Source: Eubacteriales bacterium
GTDB lineage: Bacteria; Bacillota; Clostridia; Oscillospirales; CAG-272
Length of the DNA stretch: 64,000 bases
Reading direction: 5' to 3'
Assembly: GCA_045643945.1 (NCBI GenBank)
Contig: JAZRGA010000071.1
Coordinates: 5,891-69,890, forward strand
The translations under genes were made by a program, and so were the position numbers. Numbering within the stretch: position 1 is the first letter of the stretch; each line of letters starts with the position of its first letter. The notes under the pieces were generated by a model. It saw only the letters and a list, made by a program, of their open reading frames with translations, had not been told where the DNA came from and did no database searches. Below are positions 1 through 8,701 of the stretch, piece after piece.

Positions 1-329
1 TATTCCTTTATAGCCGATATCGCCTCGATAAGCTCCTCAAATTCAGCGCCCTTAATCGAAGATATCGCAAGACCATTTATACTGACTATCTTTTTCTCGC
101 TCATCATCGGGAGCGGCATAAGAGCATTTACTAAGGTATTTGGTGTATAATCGAGCGGGTCTATCTGTATATCGTTAAATATTGCAAACGAGGGGTCATC
201 ACATATAAGACCTCTTGCGCTTTTAAGCGAAAAGCTTTTCAAATAATCCTCGTCGCCAAAAAACAGATACGCTCCGTCAAGTCCCTTTTTAAGCTGCTTT
301 CTAAAGGTGTCTTCCTTTATAATTTCCAT
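1..329 (-). CDS. holA: DNA polymerase III delta subunit, 5' part only (gene runs off the window start)
   Basis: My own translation from ATG 329..327 stays open to base 1: MEIIKEDTFRKQLKKGLDGAYLFFGDEDYLKSF...MPLPMMSEKKIVSING. This fits the usual HolA N-terminal pattern. It is absent from the ORF track because it is truncated. Confidence 0.55.
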   Translation of the reverse strand, partial: MEIIKEDTFRKQLKKGLDGAYLFFGDEDYLKSFSLKSARGLICDDPSFAIFNDIQIDPLDYTPNTLVNALMPLPMMSEKKIVSINGLAISSIKGAEFEELIEAISAIKE

Positions 330-364
330 AATCTAAAATCCTATCGCCTTACTTTATTGCGTTA

Positions 365-2116
365 TTATTTGCCTATACTCTTTAAAAACGTCTGCTTATT
401 ATTTTTAACCGTATAAGGCAGCGTCAAGGTAACATCGGCATCCTTTGAAAGATAAACGTCCTTTGCCTTAGAGAGTGCCTCCCTTACCGCATCGTTGGAA
501 TACTGCTTTTTGGCATTAGCGGTATTTGACGGCCACAAAAGCGTAGCTGCGTTTATTTTCGTATAAAGGCTTGCGTGACCAGGGTACGTACCGTGGTGCG
601 CTATCTGAACTATATCAGATTTCAAATAAGAGCCGTAATTATTTTGTAAAACCGTGCTTACCGTGTGCGTAGCGTCGGCAAGAGCAAGAATAGTCTGCCC
701 CGCAACCTTAAACCGAACGACAAGCGACGAGGAATTTACATAATCAAGCTTTGAGGGTACAACGTCCTCAAAGGTGTAAAGTATTTCTGCGCTTGCAGAG
801 CCGAAATTATAAACCTGACCCGTGTGCGGCTTTATTATTTTCGTCGTGCGGGAAAAATTAGAGTTAACGATACCGTCCAAGCCGTCGGTAACGCCCTCAA
901 GTCCGCTTGCATTCTCCTCTTGCGTGGTATCGCTGTAAATTGCCTTAGTTGCGTAATTATAAAATATATTCTCAACGTCTACCGAATGAGCGTGCTTTTT
1001 AATAAAATAAGTAACCGCGTCCTGATGGTCATAATGGGGATGCGACACAAACCAAGCGGCAACCGTTATTTTAGAGCCTCTTGGCGATATCTCCCCAAGC
1101 TTTTTATAAAGCTTATCGTAAAGCGAAAATCCGCCGTCAAAAATTATAAACTTTCCGTTTGGAAGATGAATTATAAGTCCAAGTCCACAATCGGTATCCT
1201 CTCCCTGAGAGAGCATAGTAACGGTTACGCTCTTGTTTGTTTCGGGTGTTTTATCAACGTCCTTTGAGGGAATATCGTCAATAGGACCTGAGATTATTCT
1301 GACCGACGAGCTGCTCTTAGTAAAATATACGTTTATAGCCGTCATATTCTTAGTATATATACGGTAATAATTTCCGTTTACGTTATCACGCCTCGAATAT
1401 TCGGTATATCCGCTTGATTTTAATGTGTTACAGTAGCTTTCATAGGTTGAAAGATTAGTGCCCTTCGCATAAAGCATTGTAGTATCGTCACCGCAATCGA
1501 CCTTTGTTGTAGAGGTCGGATAGCTTGGAGCTGCCTCAAGCTTAAGCGAAGTCTTTTTCTCAACGGCAAAGCTACCGTCAACCCAGAAATATCCGTTTTC
1601 GTCGCTCTCGATTGCCGACATAAGCTCATTAACGAGCTTAACTCCCTCGCTTTCGGTAGAAAAATAAATAACCATTCGGTTTCCGTTCAATATCTGTATT
1701 CCGTAGGTATCGGCGTTCGTTCTCTCATATACCCAAGCAGACTCCTTATAAGAGGTTTCGCCCACTAAAATAACGTATTCATTTTTATTGTGCGACTCAC
1801 CGTCCTTAAGAAAATCTGTGTTGGAGTCGACATTTACCTTAGTTTTATTACCGAGCGAGGTGCGAAGCTTTGTATAAACCGAGCGTTCTACATTCGTTGC
1901 AAGATTTGGCATTATAGCTCTTACCGTATATTTTCCGCCTTTTAATATAGGAAACTTTCCGTCATAAGCTTCACCGCTCGCAAAGCTTTCCTCCAAATCA
2001 CTTTCACTGTCGCTTTCAAGCTCCTCCTCTCCGCAAGCCGAGAAGACCGAGATAAAGGTCAAAAAAGCAAGAACGAGCGCCAAAAGCCTTATAAATTTCA
2101 TTTTCATATCTATCAT
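365..2116 (-). CDS. Surface lipoprotein with a metallo-beta-lactamase fold related to the ComEC/Rec2 C-terminal domain
   Basis: 583 aa. Signal peptide plus lipobox (ISVFSAC). HxHxDH motif SHPHYDHQD and a later HHG. GGAGGG lies 6 nt before the ATG. Paralog of 17360..19060. Confidence 0.7.
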   Translation of the reverse strand: MIDMKMKFIRLLALVLAFLTFISVFSACGEEELESDSESDLEESFASGEAYDGKFPILKGGKYTVRAIMPNLATNVERSVYTKLRTSLGNKTKVNVDSNTDFLKDGESHNKNEYVILVGETSYKESAWVYERTNADTYGIQILNGNRMVIYFSTESEGVKLVNELMSAIESDENGYFWVDGSFAVEKKTSLKLEAAPSYPTSTTKVDCGDDTTMLYAKGTNLSTYESYCNTLKSSGYTEYSRRDNVNGNYYRIYTKNMTAINVYFTKSSSSVRIISGPIDDIPSKDVDKTPETNKSVTVTMLSQGEDTDCGLGLIIHLPNGKFIIFDGGFSLYDKLYKKLGEISPRGSKITVAAWFVSHPHYDHQDAVTYFIKKHAHSVDVENIFYNYATKAIYSDTTQEENASGLEGVTDGLDGIVNSNFSRTTKIIKPHTGQVYNFGSASAEILYTFEDVVPSKLDYVNSSSLVVRFKVAGQTILALADATHTVSTVLQNNYGSYLKSDIVQIAHHGTYPGHASLYTKINAATLLWPSNTANAKKQYSNDAVREALSKAKDVYLSKDADVTLTLPYTVKNNKQTFLKSIGK

Positions 2117-2242
2117 CTGCGCCCTCCGTTATTGCATTTCGTATTTAAATTATACCAAAAAAATAAATAAGTGTCAAGATAGAGTCATTAAAGCAGTTGC
2201 GGAGAAGAAATTCTCTCCTCCGCAAAATTATCATTTTTTAAA

Positions 2243-3673
2243 TCAAGCGCGTTTCCAAACCTTACCCGAATAAAGCATACCGAGATATACTGCCGCCTCG
2301 GACTTATCCGATAAATTTTCGGCAGAAACGGCAATACCGTCTGCGCTCCAGCCCGATGCTTTCTTAAACGTAATATTCTTAAGCGCAGGGCAATCCTTAA
2401 ACGCATAAACGCCTATCATCTTTACACCGTTACCGATAGTTACGCTTGAAAGCTTTTCGCATCCTCTGAACGCATACTCACCGAGATATACTACCGTATC
2501 GGGAATAACTATGCTCGAAAGCGACGCGCAGGTGCTAAACGCCATATCTGCAATAACCTTAGTTCCAGCGGATACTGTATAAGTGCCACTTAAAGCGGGC
2601 TTTGCCGAAACAAGATAATTTCCAATATATAATACGTTATTATTCCAATTGGTTGATGTATTATAGTATTTAGTATTTCCAAATGCTAACTCACCTATAT
2701 AAGTAATACCCTTTCCTGCGGTAATAGTCTTAAGCGAGGTTGCGTGCTGAAATGCCTTAGCATCTATACTGTGAACACTGTCGGGAATTACAACACCCGT
2801 AAAGGTCTTGCAATCGTAAAACGCCATTTCTGCTATGCAGGTAGTTCCCGCGGTAATAGTGTACGTTCCCGAAATATCGGTTTTTGCCTCAATAAGATTT
2901 GTTCCTATATAAAGCACCTTGTTTTTCCAGTTAGCCGTATCCTTATAATATGCGCTCTTATCAAAGGCATAATCCTCAATAATTCTTATATTGCTTCCAA
3001 GCTTAATTGAGCTAAGCTTGCCGCAATTGTAAAATGAGCCGTATTTAATAACCTCGACGTTTTTACCAAGCTCAATCGCAGTCAATGCCGAGCAATAACG
3101 GAAGCTATAATCTCCGAGGAATTTTAAATTTTTACCAAGCGTTACCGAAGTAATTCCACTGCACATAGAAAAGCCGTAATCGTCGATGTACTCAACGTAA
3201 TCTCCAAGCTTTACCGATGTGATATTTTTATCATCTGCAAAGGCGCTGTATCCAACCTTTGTAACGGGAAGACCGTTATGACCGTCGATAACTATATTTT
3301 TTGAGGTAGCAGAGCCCTTGCCGACAACGGTATAGCTAAGCTTATCCTCGTTAAGAACGAATTTAAGTCCCTCGGTGCTTTCCTTTACGTTAAAGGTCGG
3401 CTTTTCGGTAGAGCCGCTATCGCCGCCCGAGTTATTTTCATTATTGGTATTGTTATTATCGTCGTTATTGTTGTTATTATTGTTGTTATTACCCTCGTCG
3501 GTAGCAGCATTTTCGTTGTTGCTCGGATTATCTCCGACAACGTCACTGTCACTGCCATTCCAAATATTCGAATCCGAGCCCGACTCGCCCTCACCCTCAA
3601 CAATCTTTGCGCAGGATGCGAGAGAGATTATGAGAAACGCAGTCGCAATTATTATAGCTAAAAGTCTTTTCAC
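2243..3673 (-). CDS. BspA-type leucine-rich-repeat surface lipoprotein
   Basis: Lipobox LISLASC, a poly-Asn/Asp linker, then more than 10 repeats of about 23 aa of the type IxIPxxVxxIGxxAFxxCxxL. I prefer the GTG start at 3673, 7 nt after GGAGGT. The ORF-track ATG at 3691 has no SD. Confidence 0.7.
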   Translation of the reverse strand: MKRLLAIIIATAFLIISLASCAKIVEGEGESGSDSNIWNGSDSDVVGDNPSNNENAATDEGNNNNNNNNNDDNNNTNNENNSGGDSGSTEKPTFNVKESTEGLKFVLNEDKLSYTVVGKGSATSKNIVIDGHNGLPVTKVGYSAFADDKNITSVKLGDYVEYIDDYGFSMCSGITSVTLGKNLKFLGDYSFRYCSALTAIELGKNVEVIKYGSFYNCGKLSSIKLGSNIRIIEDYAFDKSAYYKDTANWKNKVLYIGTNLIEAKTDISGTYTITAGTTCIAEMAFYDCKTFTGVVIPDSVHSIDAKAFQHATSLKTITAGKGITYIGELAFGNTKYYNTSTNWNNNVLYIGNYLVSAKPALSGTYTVSAGTKVIADMAFSTCASLSSIVIPDTVVYLGEYAFRGCEKLSSVTIGNGVKMIGVYAFKDCPALKNITFKKASGWSADGIAVSAENLSDKSEAAVYLGMLYSGKVWKRA

Positions 3674-3859
3674 CGTTATTACCTCCAACATTTATCCGTA
3701 AAAAGCCTTATTTAAACTCATACGCTTATATTATAACATCAATTTGCGTCTTTTTCAACCTCTAACGCAAAATTTCGTTTATTATAAGTAAAACGGCGCA
3801 GACTTTTTGTATAAACTAAACAAACAAATTAATAAATAATATTTTTAAAAAATCGTATC

Positions 3860-3933
3860 ACGCGGTATCGCCTCACATTTCGGTCGAGCGCACTCATTAC
3901 GGCAAAAAAAGAACCCTCCGCAGAGAGTTCTTT
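3860..3933 (-). repeat. Intrinsic terminator hairpin (3904..3933) plus a degenerate head of the intergenic repeat family
   Basis: The minus strand reads AAAGAACTCTCTGCGGAGGGTTCTTTTTTT. This matches 53296..53326 except for one loop base. It is followed by TAATGA..GCTCGAC..AATGT, which mirrors 53331..53364. Confidence 0.6.
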
Positions 3934-3967
3934 GAAATGGATTCGGGGAAACGCTTTTACTATTCCA

Positions 3968-4528
3968 TCATTCCTTAATAAAATCCAAGCTATCAAAGCC
4001 AAGCTTTTCCGCTACGCTTTGCCAACGCTGACGCATATCGCTTTCGGGGTCCTCATAGAGAACAGGACGAAATCCTCCGACAAGATAATTTTTAATAGCG
4101 GGGAGTCTGTAATCGTCGGTCGTTAAAACACAGTAATCTATCCCTCTCTCCTCGGAAAGTCCCATAGCAAAGGAGAGCATTGCGTGACCTATGCCAAGAT
4201 TGCGATGCTCGGGTATAGCGGCAACCATATGCAAATATCCGTTGTTTTTCTCTTTATTATGTATGAGCGCGCTTGTGGCTATTTTCGAGCCGTCGGGCGC
4301 TACCACGAAAAAGAGATCCTTTTCAAGCTCAATTCCCTTAACCGAGCGCATAACCTTTCTGAAAACCTCGTCATTATCAAGGCTTTTACACATATCCGCC
4401 TTGCGACAGATATCACACCAAGCGTCAACGTCCGCTTGACATTCGGTAAAAAAAGCAAACGAATATCCCTCGGGAAGATTTCGTTTAAGCACCTCTCCCT
4501 TAGGTCTTATCATTTTTAACTGTTTCAT
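3968..4528 (-). CDS. GNAT-family N-acetyltransferase
   Basis: 186 aa. Acetyl-CoA binding motif region HRNLGIGHAML. AAGGAG lies upstream. Confidence 0.65.
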   Translation of the reverse strand: MKQLKMIRPKGEVLKRNLPEGYSFAFFTECQADVDAWCDICRKADMCKSLDNDEVFRKVMRSVKGIELEKDLFFVVAPDGSKIATSALIHNKEKNNGYLHMVAAIPEHRNLGIGHAMLSFAMGLSEERGIDYCVLTTDDYRLPAIKNYLVGGFRPVLYEDPESDMRQRWQSVAEKLGFDSLDFIKE

Positions 4529-4544
4529 AAATCCAAAAATCTCC

Positions 4545-5681
4545 TTAGATTTTAATTATCTTTTCCTCGAGAGGCATATTTTTACGGAAATGCGGGATAT
4601 CGATAGTACGTCCGTTATTTGCAACCGAAATAGAGGAAAGCAAAGCAACCGCAGTCCACTCACACGCCTCATAAACGTCTATTGCAGGCTTTTCACCCGT
4701 TCTTATAGCGCGGATAAAATCGTCAACTATAAAGAAATCTCCGCCCCAATGTCCCGCCTTAAGCTGCTCCTCGGTTGCGTTTCTGTATCGCTCGGGAAGA
4801 TAACTGTTATATTCGGTGAGTGCTTGCCATTTCATTTCATAGCTTGGATTATTCTCGGAAATAAAGGAAACCTTATCTTGATCTCCAAACGCCGAGCAGG
4901 ATTTCGTTTCAAATGCGCCCTTAGTTCCCTGCAAATGATAGTAAGCCGCTCTATGGGGTCTTGGCGAAACGCAGTCAACACGTATCTGCGCAAGCTTTCC
5001 CGAGGCAAGACGGCACATAGTGGTAGTTCCGCTATCCTGCTTCAGACCCGACGAACTATATACCCCCGGAGAAAAGCAAGAAATCTCGCTTACTCTGTCA
5101 CCCGGAAACCACTGCATTACAGGTCCTAATGAGTGAGTGGGATAAAAAGAGCCTCTAACGCCACACTGCCAATATGAGCGCCAGCTTGTTTTTCCGTTTT
5201 TATATTTCATAAGCTGGTCAATGTTATGAAGATACATTCCCTCGGCATAATAGCACTCGCCAAAGAGTCCCGCCTCAACCATAGCCTTAACCGCTTGAAT
5301 TTTCGGCATATAAATATAATTCTCGGCAAGCATATATACCTTTTTATATTTTTCAACCGTTTCACAAAGCCAGAAAAGCTCATCCATAGTAACGCCTGCC
5401 GTAACCTCGGACAAAACGTGCTTTCCCGCCTCAAGAGCCGCTATCGCCTGCGGAACGTGACACTGCATAGGCGTTGCAATAACGACGGCATCTATATCCG
5501 ACTCAAGCATATCCTCATAAACGCGGTAGGTGTTTTTTACGTTAAGTCGCTTTGCCTCGTCTGCAAGCACGTCCTCGTCAAGATTGCAAAGCGCGGTTAT
5601 TTCTACGTTAGGGCTTGACATAAATCCAAGAGCCAACGCCATACCTCTCGCTCCAACCATTCCAACCTTTATAGTTTTCAT
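4545..5681 (-). CDS. Gfo/Idh/MocA-family NAD(P)-dependent oxidoreductase
   Basis: N-terminal Rossmann motif MKTIKVGMVGARG. GGAGG lies 6 nt before the ATG at 5681, so the ORF-track start at 5711 is probably 10 codons too long. Confidence 0.7.
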   Translation of the reverse strand: MKTIKVGMVGARGMALALGFMSSPNVEITALCNLDEDVLADEAKRLNVKNTYRVYEDMLESDIDAVVIATPMQCHVPQAIAALEAGKHVLSEVTAGVTMDELFWLCETVEKYKKVYMLAENYIYMPKIQAVKAMVEAGLFGECYYAEGMYLHNIDQLMKYKNGKTSWRSYWQCGVRGSFYPTHSLGPVMQWFPGDRVSEISCFSPGVYSSSGLKQDSGTTTMCRLASGKLAQIRVDCVSPRPHRAAYYHLQGTKGAFETKSCSAFGDQDKVSFISENNPSYEMKWQALTEYNSYLPERYRNATEEQLKAGHWGGDFFIVDDFIRAIRTGEKPAIDVYEACEWTAVALLSSISVANNGRTIDIPHFRKNMPLEEKIIKI

Positions 5682-5917
5682 AATGACCTCCAAACTGATA
5701 TTAATTAACATTACAGCTTATTATATCACATAACTCGCTTTAGTATCAAGTCCTTTCATTCGCTTTTTTATAAAATGACGCAAAAATTAAACAAATCATC
5801 TTTATTTATCATTATTTATTATTATTTTGCGTCTAAACGGGTTTTGTTTACAAATTGTTCAAAAAATAATAGTATAATAATCATATATAACGCAAAAAAC
5901 GCTTTTGGAGCTTAAAT

Positions 5918-6760
5918 ATGAAAAAAATCTCTATTAAAACACTGTCAATAACGGCAATATCGGTAGCGCTTGTATCGCTTGCGCTAAGAATCATATCTCT
6001 ATTTTTCTTCTACGATAAGATAGGATACTATAAATCGGGCGCAGTAGTTCCCCTTATAGCAAGCCTTATTCTCGGAATATCGATACTGTTTTTCCTTGTG
6101 GCGTCGATATTTTTTATCGACAAAAATCAAAGCATTGAAAACACGGGAAAGCTTTCGCAATATGCGGCGCTTTTGCCGATTGCCGCGCTGATAATTCACA
6201 TATTCAAGATATTCTCCCCTACTTTCAACGATACAATGGTAAACAGGTATTTGATGCTCGCGAGCGCCGTTTTGTCGATAATTTTCTTTCTTTTAATTTT
6301 TATAGACAAGAAAAAATATAAAACAATAACCTTTTATATGGGTATCGGAGTGCTTTTGTACGTCTTTTTCTGTTGGATGTACGCATACTTTGAATTTTTT
6401 ATACCGATAAACTCTATAAATAAAATACTATTCTATCTCTCAACGGCGGGAGCGTTATTGTTTATTTTCAATGAAATGTGCTTCATTTACGGCTTTGTAA
6501 GAGCAAGATTTTATTATTTCTCGCTTTTTTCTTCAATAATTATATTAACGGTAGCACCGTTATCGGCAATTATCGGATATTTGAGCGGAGCTATCGAGGG
6601 ATATATTACGTTTGAGGCAGATATCTTCCTTTTTGCACTTCTTATATATGCAATAGCCCGACTTATAGATGCGCAAAAATCAAAAGCCGAAAAAATGCCC
6701 GAGCCGAGCATAACCGAGAACGAGCAAACGCAGGAGAGCCTTGACGATGACAGTAATTGA
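5918..6760 (+). CDS. Polytopic membrane protein of unknown function (about 7-8 TM segments)
   Basis: 280 aa made of alternating hydrophobic stretches with an acidic C-terminal tail. No motif recognised. Confidence 0.55.
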   Translation: MKKISIKTLSITAISVALVSLALRIISLFFFYDKIGYYKSGAVVPLIASLILGISILFFLVASIFFIDKNQSIENTGKLSQYAALLPIAALIIHIFKIFSPTFNDTMVNRYLMLASAVLSIIFFLLIFIDKKKYKTITFYMGIGVLLYVFFCWMYAYFEFFIPINSINKILFYLSTAGALLFIFNEMCFIYGFVRARFYYFSLFSSIIILTVAPLSAIIGYLSGAIEGYITFEADIFLFALLIYAIARLIDAQKSKAEKMPEPSITENEQTQESLDDDSN

Positions 6761-7298
6761 CCGCATACAGTGGCTTCACAAAAAAATATGTGAGGACGCA
6801 TATCCGAGCGCTATTGACCTTGCAAATAAGTTTTCTATTTCAAGACGGCAGGCTCAACGCGACGTAGATAAAATGAAAACTCAGCTCGGCGCGCCTATAA
6901 TTTATTCGCACACCCGAGGCGGATACTATTATTCCGAGCAATTCACGCTTCCTTATATGCGTGAGTTTGAAAACGACTCCGACCTGCACGACGTATTAAG
7001 CTCAATTCGTGAAATAGAGATAGCAAACGCCGAGAGGGGTATGCTCCAGCTTCAGCTTCCCTACACGGCAATCCTTCACATTCCCGACAGAGCGACGGTT
7101 ATAGAGCTTCGCTCGATAATCACAGAGGACCTACCAAGCAAAAATTACAGATGCGAATTTCAAAGCGTCGAGCTTTTCTTGGGAATACTTATATCCTCGG
7201 GAGCAAGGGTAAAAATAGTTGAGCCCGAATGGTTAAGAGAAAGGCTTATCGAGCTTGCAAATAACGCAATAAGCAACAATTCGGACACAGAAGAATAG
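6747..7298 (+). CDS. HTH transcriptional regulator resembling the YafY/WYL family but lacking an obvious WYL core
   Basis: N-terminal wHTH (AIDLANKFSISRRQAQRDVDKM). The C-terminal VKIVEPEWLRERL resembles the WYL-family C-terminal extension. The ATG at 6747 follows GGAGAG. It overlaps the upstream gene by 14 nt. Confidence 0.5.
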   Translation: MTVIDRIQWLHKKICEDAYPSAIDLANKFSISRRQAQRDVDKMKTQLGAPIIYSHTRGGYYYSEQFTLPYMREFENDSDLHDVLSSIREIEIANAERGMLQLQLPYTAILHIPDRATVIELRSIITEDLPSKNYRCEFQSVELFLGILISSGARVKIVEPEWLRERLIELANNAISNNSDTEE

Positions 7299-7335
7299 TT
7301 TTTTTAGATTTTTTTAAAAAATTTTCAAAAACCTA

Positions 7336-7363
7336 TTGACAAATAAAAATAATGTGATATAAT
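7336..7363 (+). promoter_or_regulatory. Sigma-A type promoter for the rplJ-rplL unit
   Basis: TTGACA (7336-7341), a 16-nt spacer with TG extension, then TATAAT (7358-7363). Confidence 0.5.
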
Positions 7364-7364
7364 A

Positions 7365-7546
7365 ATCGATGTTATCCAAAGACAGCAGGTTACCGTAAAA
7401 GCCGAGCTTCCCTGCCGAGGAGATTTGATTGTGTATATTTTTTCATAATCTTTTTTCTTAGGCATGCTTGCGCTTACGCATATATGCTTACGGAAAAAGA
7501 TTATTTTTTTTATACCTGCGTATTTTCAAACAGGAGGTAAAATAAA
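7365..7546 (+). promoter_or_regulatory. Ribosomal protein L10 leader (autoregulatory 5' UTR) with an attenuator hairpin
   Basis: A roughly 180-nt structured UTR directly upstream of rplJ. The stem TAATCTTTTT...AAAAAGATTA is followed by T8 at about 7446..7519, as expected for Firmicute L10 leaders. Confidence 0.5.
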
Positions 7547-8077
7547 GTGCCCAGCAATTCTATTCTCGCACAAAAGCAGGCAATCGTTGCTGATCTTGCA
7601 GAGCAGTTGAAGAATTCTCCCGCAGGCGTAGTTGTTAACTACCAGGGTATTACCGTTGATGCTGACACAAAGATGCGTAAAGCGCTTCGTGAGGCAGGCG
7701 TTAAGTATACCGTTATGAAGAATTCCTTGACAGGCAGAGCTTGTGAAGAGGTTGGCTTAGGTGATATGAAGCAGTACCTTACAGGTATGACCGCTATCGC
7801 TATCGCAACCGACGATCCTGTTGCACCCGCTAAGGTTCTTAAGGAGTACGCTGATAAGATTGAAAGCTTCCAGATTCTCGCAGGATACCTTGACGGCGCG
7901 GTTGTAGACAAGGCAACCGTTGAAAAGCTTGCTGACATTCCCTCTAAGGAAGTTCTTATTGCCAAGTTCCTCGGCAGCATCAGATCGCCTCTTTATGGCT
8001 TTGCTTATGCTATCCAGGCTATCGTTGACAAGGACGGAGAGGGCGCAGAAGCAGCACCTGCAGAAGCAGCAGAATAA
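7547..8077 (+). CDS. rplJ: 50S ribosomal protein L10
   Basis: 176 aa. GTG start 8 nt after AGGAGG. The sequence is typical of L10 (AQKQAIVADLAEQLKNS..., Ala/Glu-rich C-terminus). Confidence 0.95.
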   Translation: MPSNSILAQKQAIVADLAEQLKNSPAGVVVNYQGITVDADTKMRKALREAGVKYTVMKNSLTGRACEEVGLGDMKQYLTGMTAIAIATDDPVAPAKVLKEYADKIESFQILAGYLDGAVVDKATVEKLADIPSKEVLIAKFLGSIRSPLYGFAYAIQAIVDKDGEGAEAAPAEAAE

Positions 8078-8175
8078 TCCCGCTTCACTAAAGTCCGCAT
8101 AAGGCGGCAAACACACAGCGCATAAGCGCAAAATAAAAAAAATTAAATTATATCCGATTAAGGAGGAATACGAAA

Positions 8176-8553
8176 ATGGCATCTGAAAAGATCACAAACA
8201 TTCTCGAAGAGATTAAGACTCTTACTATTATCGAACTCGCTGACCTTGTAAAGGCAGTTGAGGATGAATTCGGCGTATCCGCAGCAGCTCCCGTAGGCGT
8301 AGTTGCAGTAGCAGGCGCAGCAGCACCCGCAGCAGAGGAGAAGACCGAGTTTGACGTAGTTCTCGTTTCCGGCGGCGACAAGAAGCTTAACGTTGTTAAG
8401 GTTGTTAAGGAAGCTCTCGGACTTGGACTTAAGGACGCTAAGGATCTCGTTGACGGCGCTCCCAAGACTCTTAAGGAAGGCGCAACCAAGGACGAGGCTG
8501 AAGCTCTCAAGAAGCAGCTCGAAGAGGCTGGCGCAACTGTTGAAATTAAGTAA
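8176..8553 (+). CDS. rplL: 50S ribosomal protein L7/L12
   Basis: 125 aa. N-terminal dimerisation helix, Ala-rich hinge, and a C-terminal domain ending [14 protein letters not shown]. Confidence 0.95.
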   Translation: MASEKITNILEEIKTLTIIELADLVKAVEDEFGVSAAAPVGVVAVAGAAAPAAEEKTEFDVVLVSGGDKKLNVVKVVKEALGLGLKDAKDLVDGAPKTLKEGATKDEAEALKKQLEEAGATVEIK

Positions 8554-8582
8554 TTTCACACCTACCTATTTGAAAGCATTAA

Positions 8583-8614
8583 ACGCATCTGCTCGCAGGT
8601 GCGTTTTTGTTTTA
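8583..8614 (+). terminator. Intrinsic terminator after rplL
   Basis: 9-bp stem ACGCATCTG/CAGGTGCGT followed by TTTTTGTTTT. Confidence 0.7.
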
Positions 8615-8632
8615 TAATATTTTAAAAAAATA

Positions 8633-8661
8633 TTGTAAAAATCAAAATTTAATGATATAAT
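8633..8661 (+). promoter_or_regulatory. Sigma-A type promoter for 8702..10360
   Basis: TTGTAA, a 17-nt spacer, then TATAAT. Confidence 0.4.
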
Positions 8662-8701
8662 TAATAGGTAGACATAAATTATAAAGCTTAGGAGGATAAT
8701 A

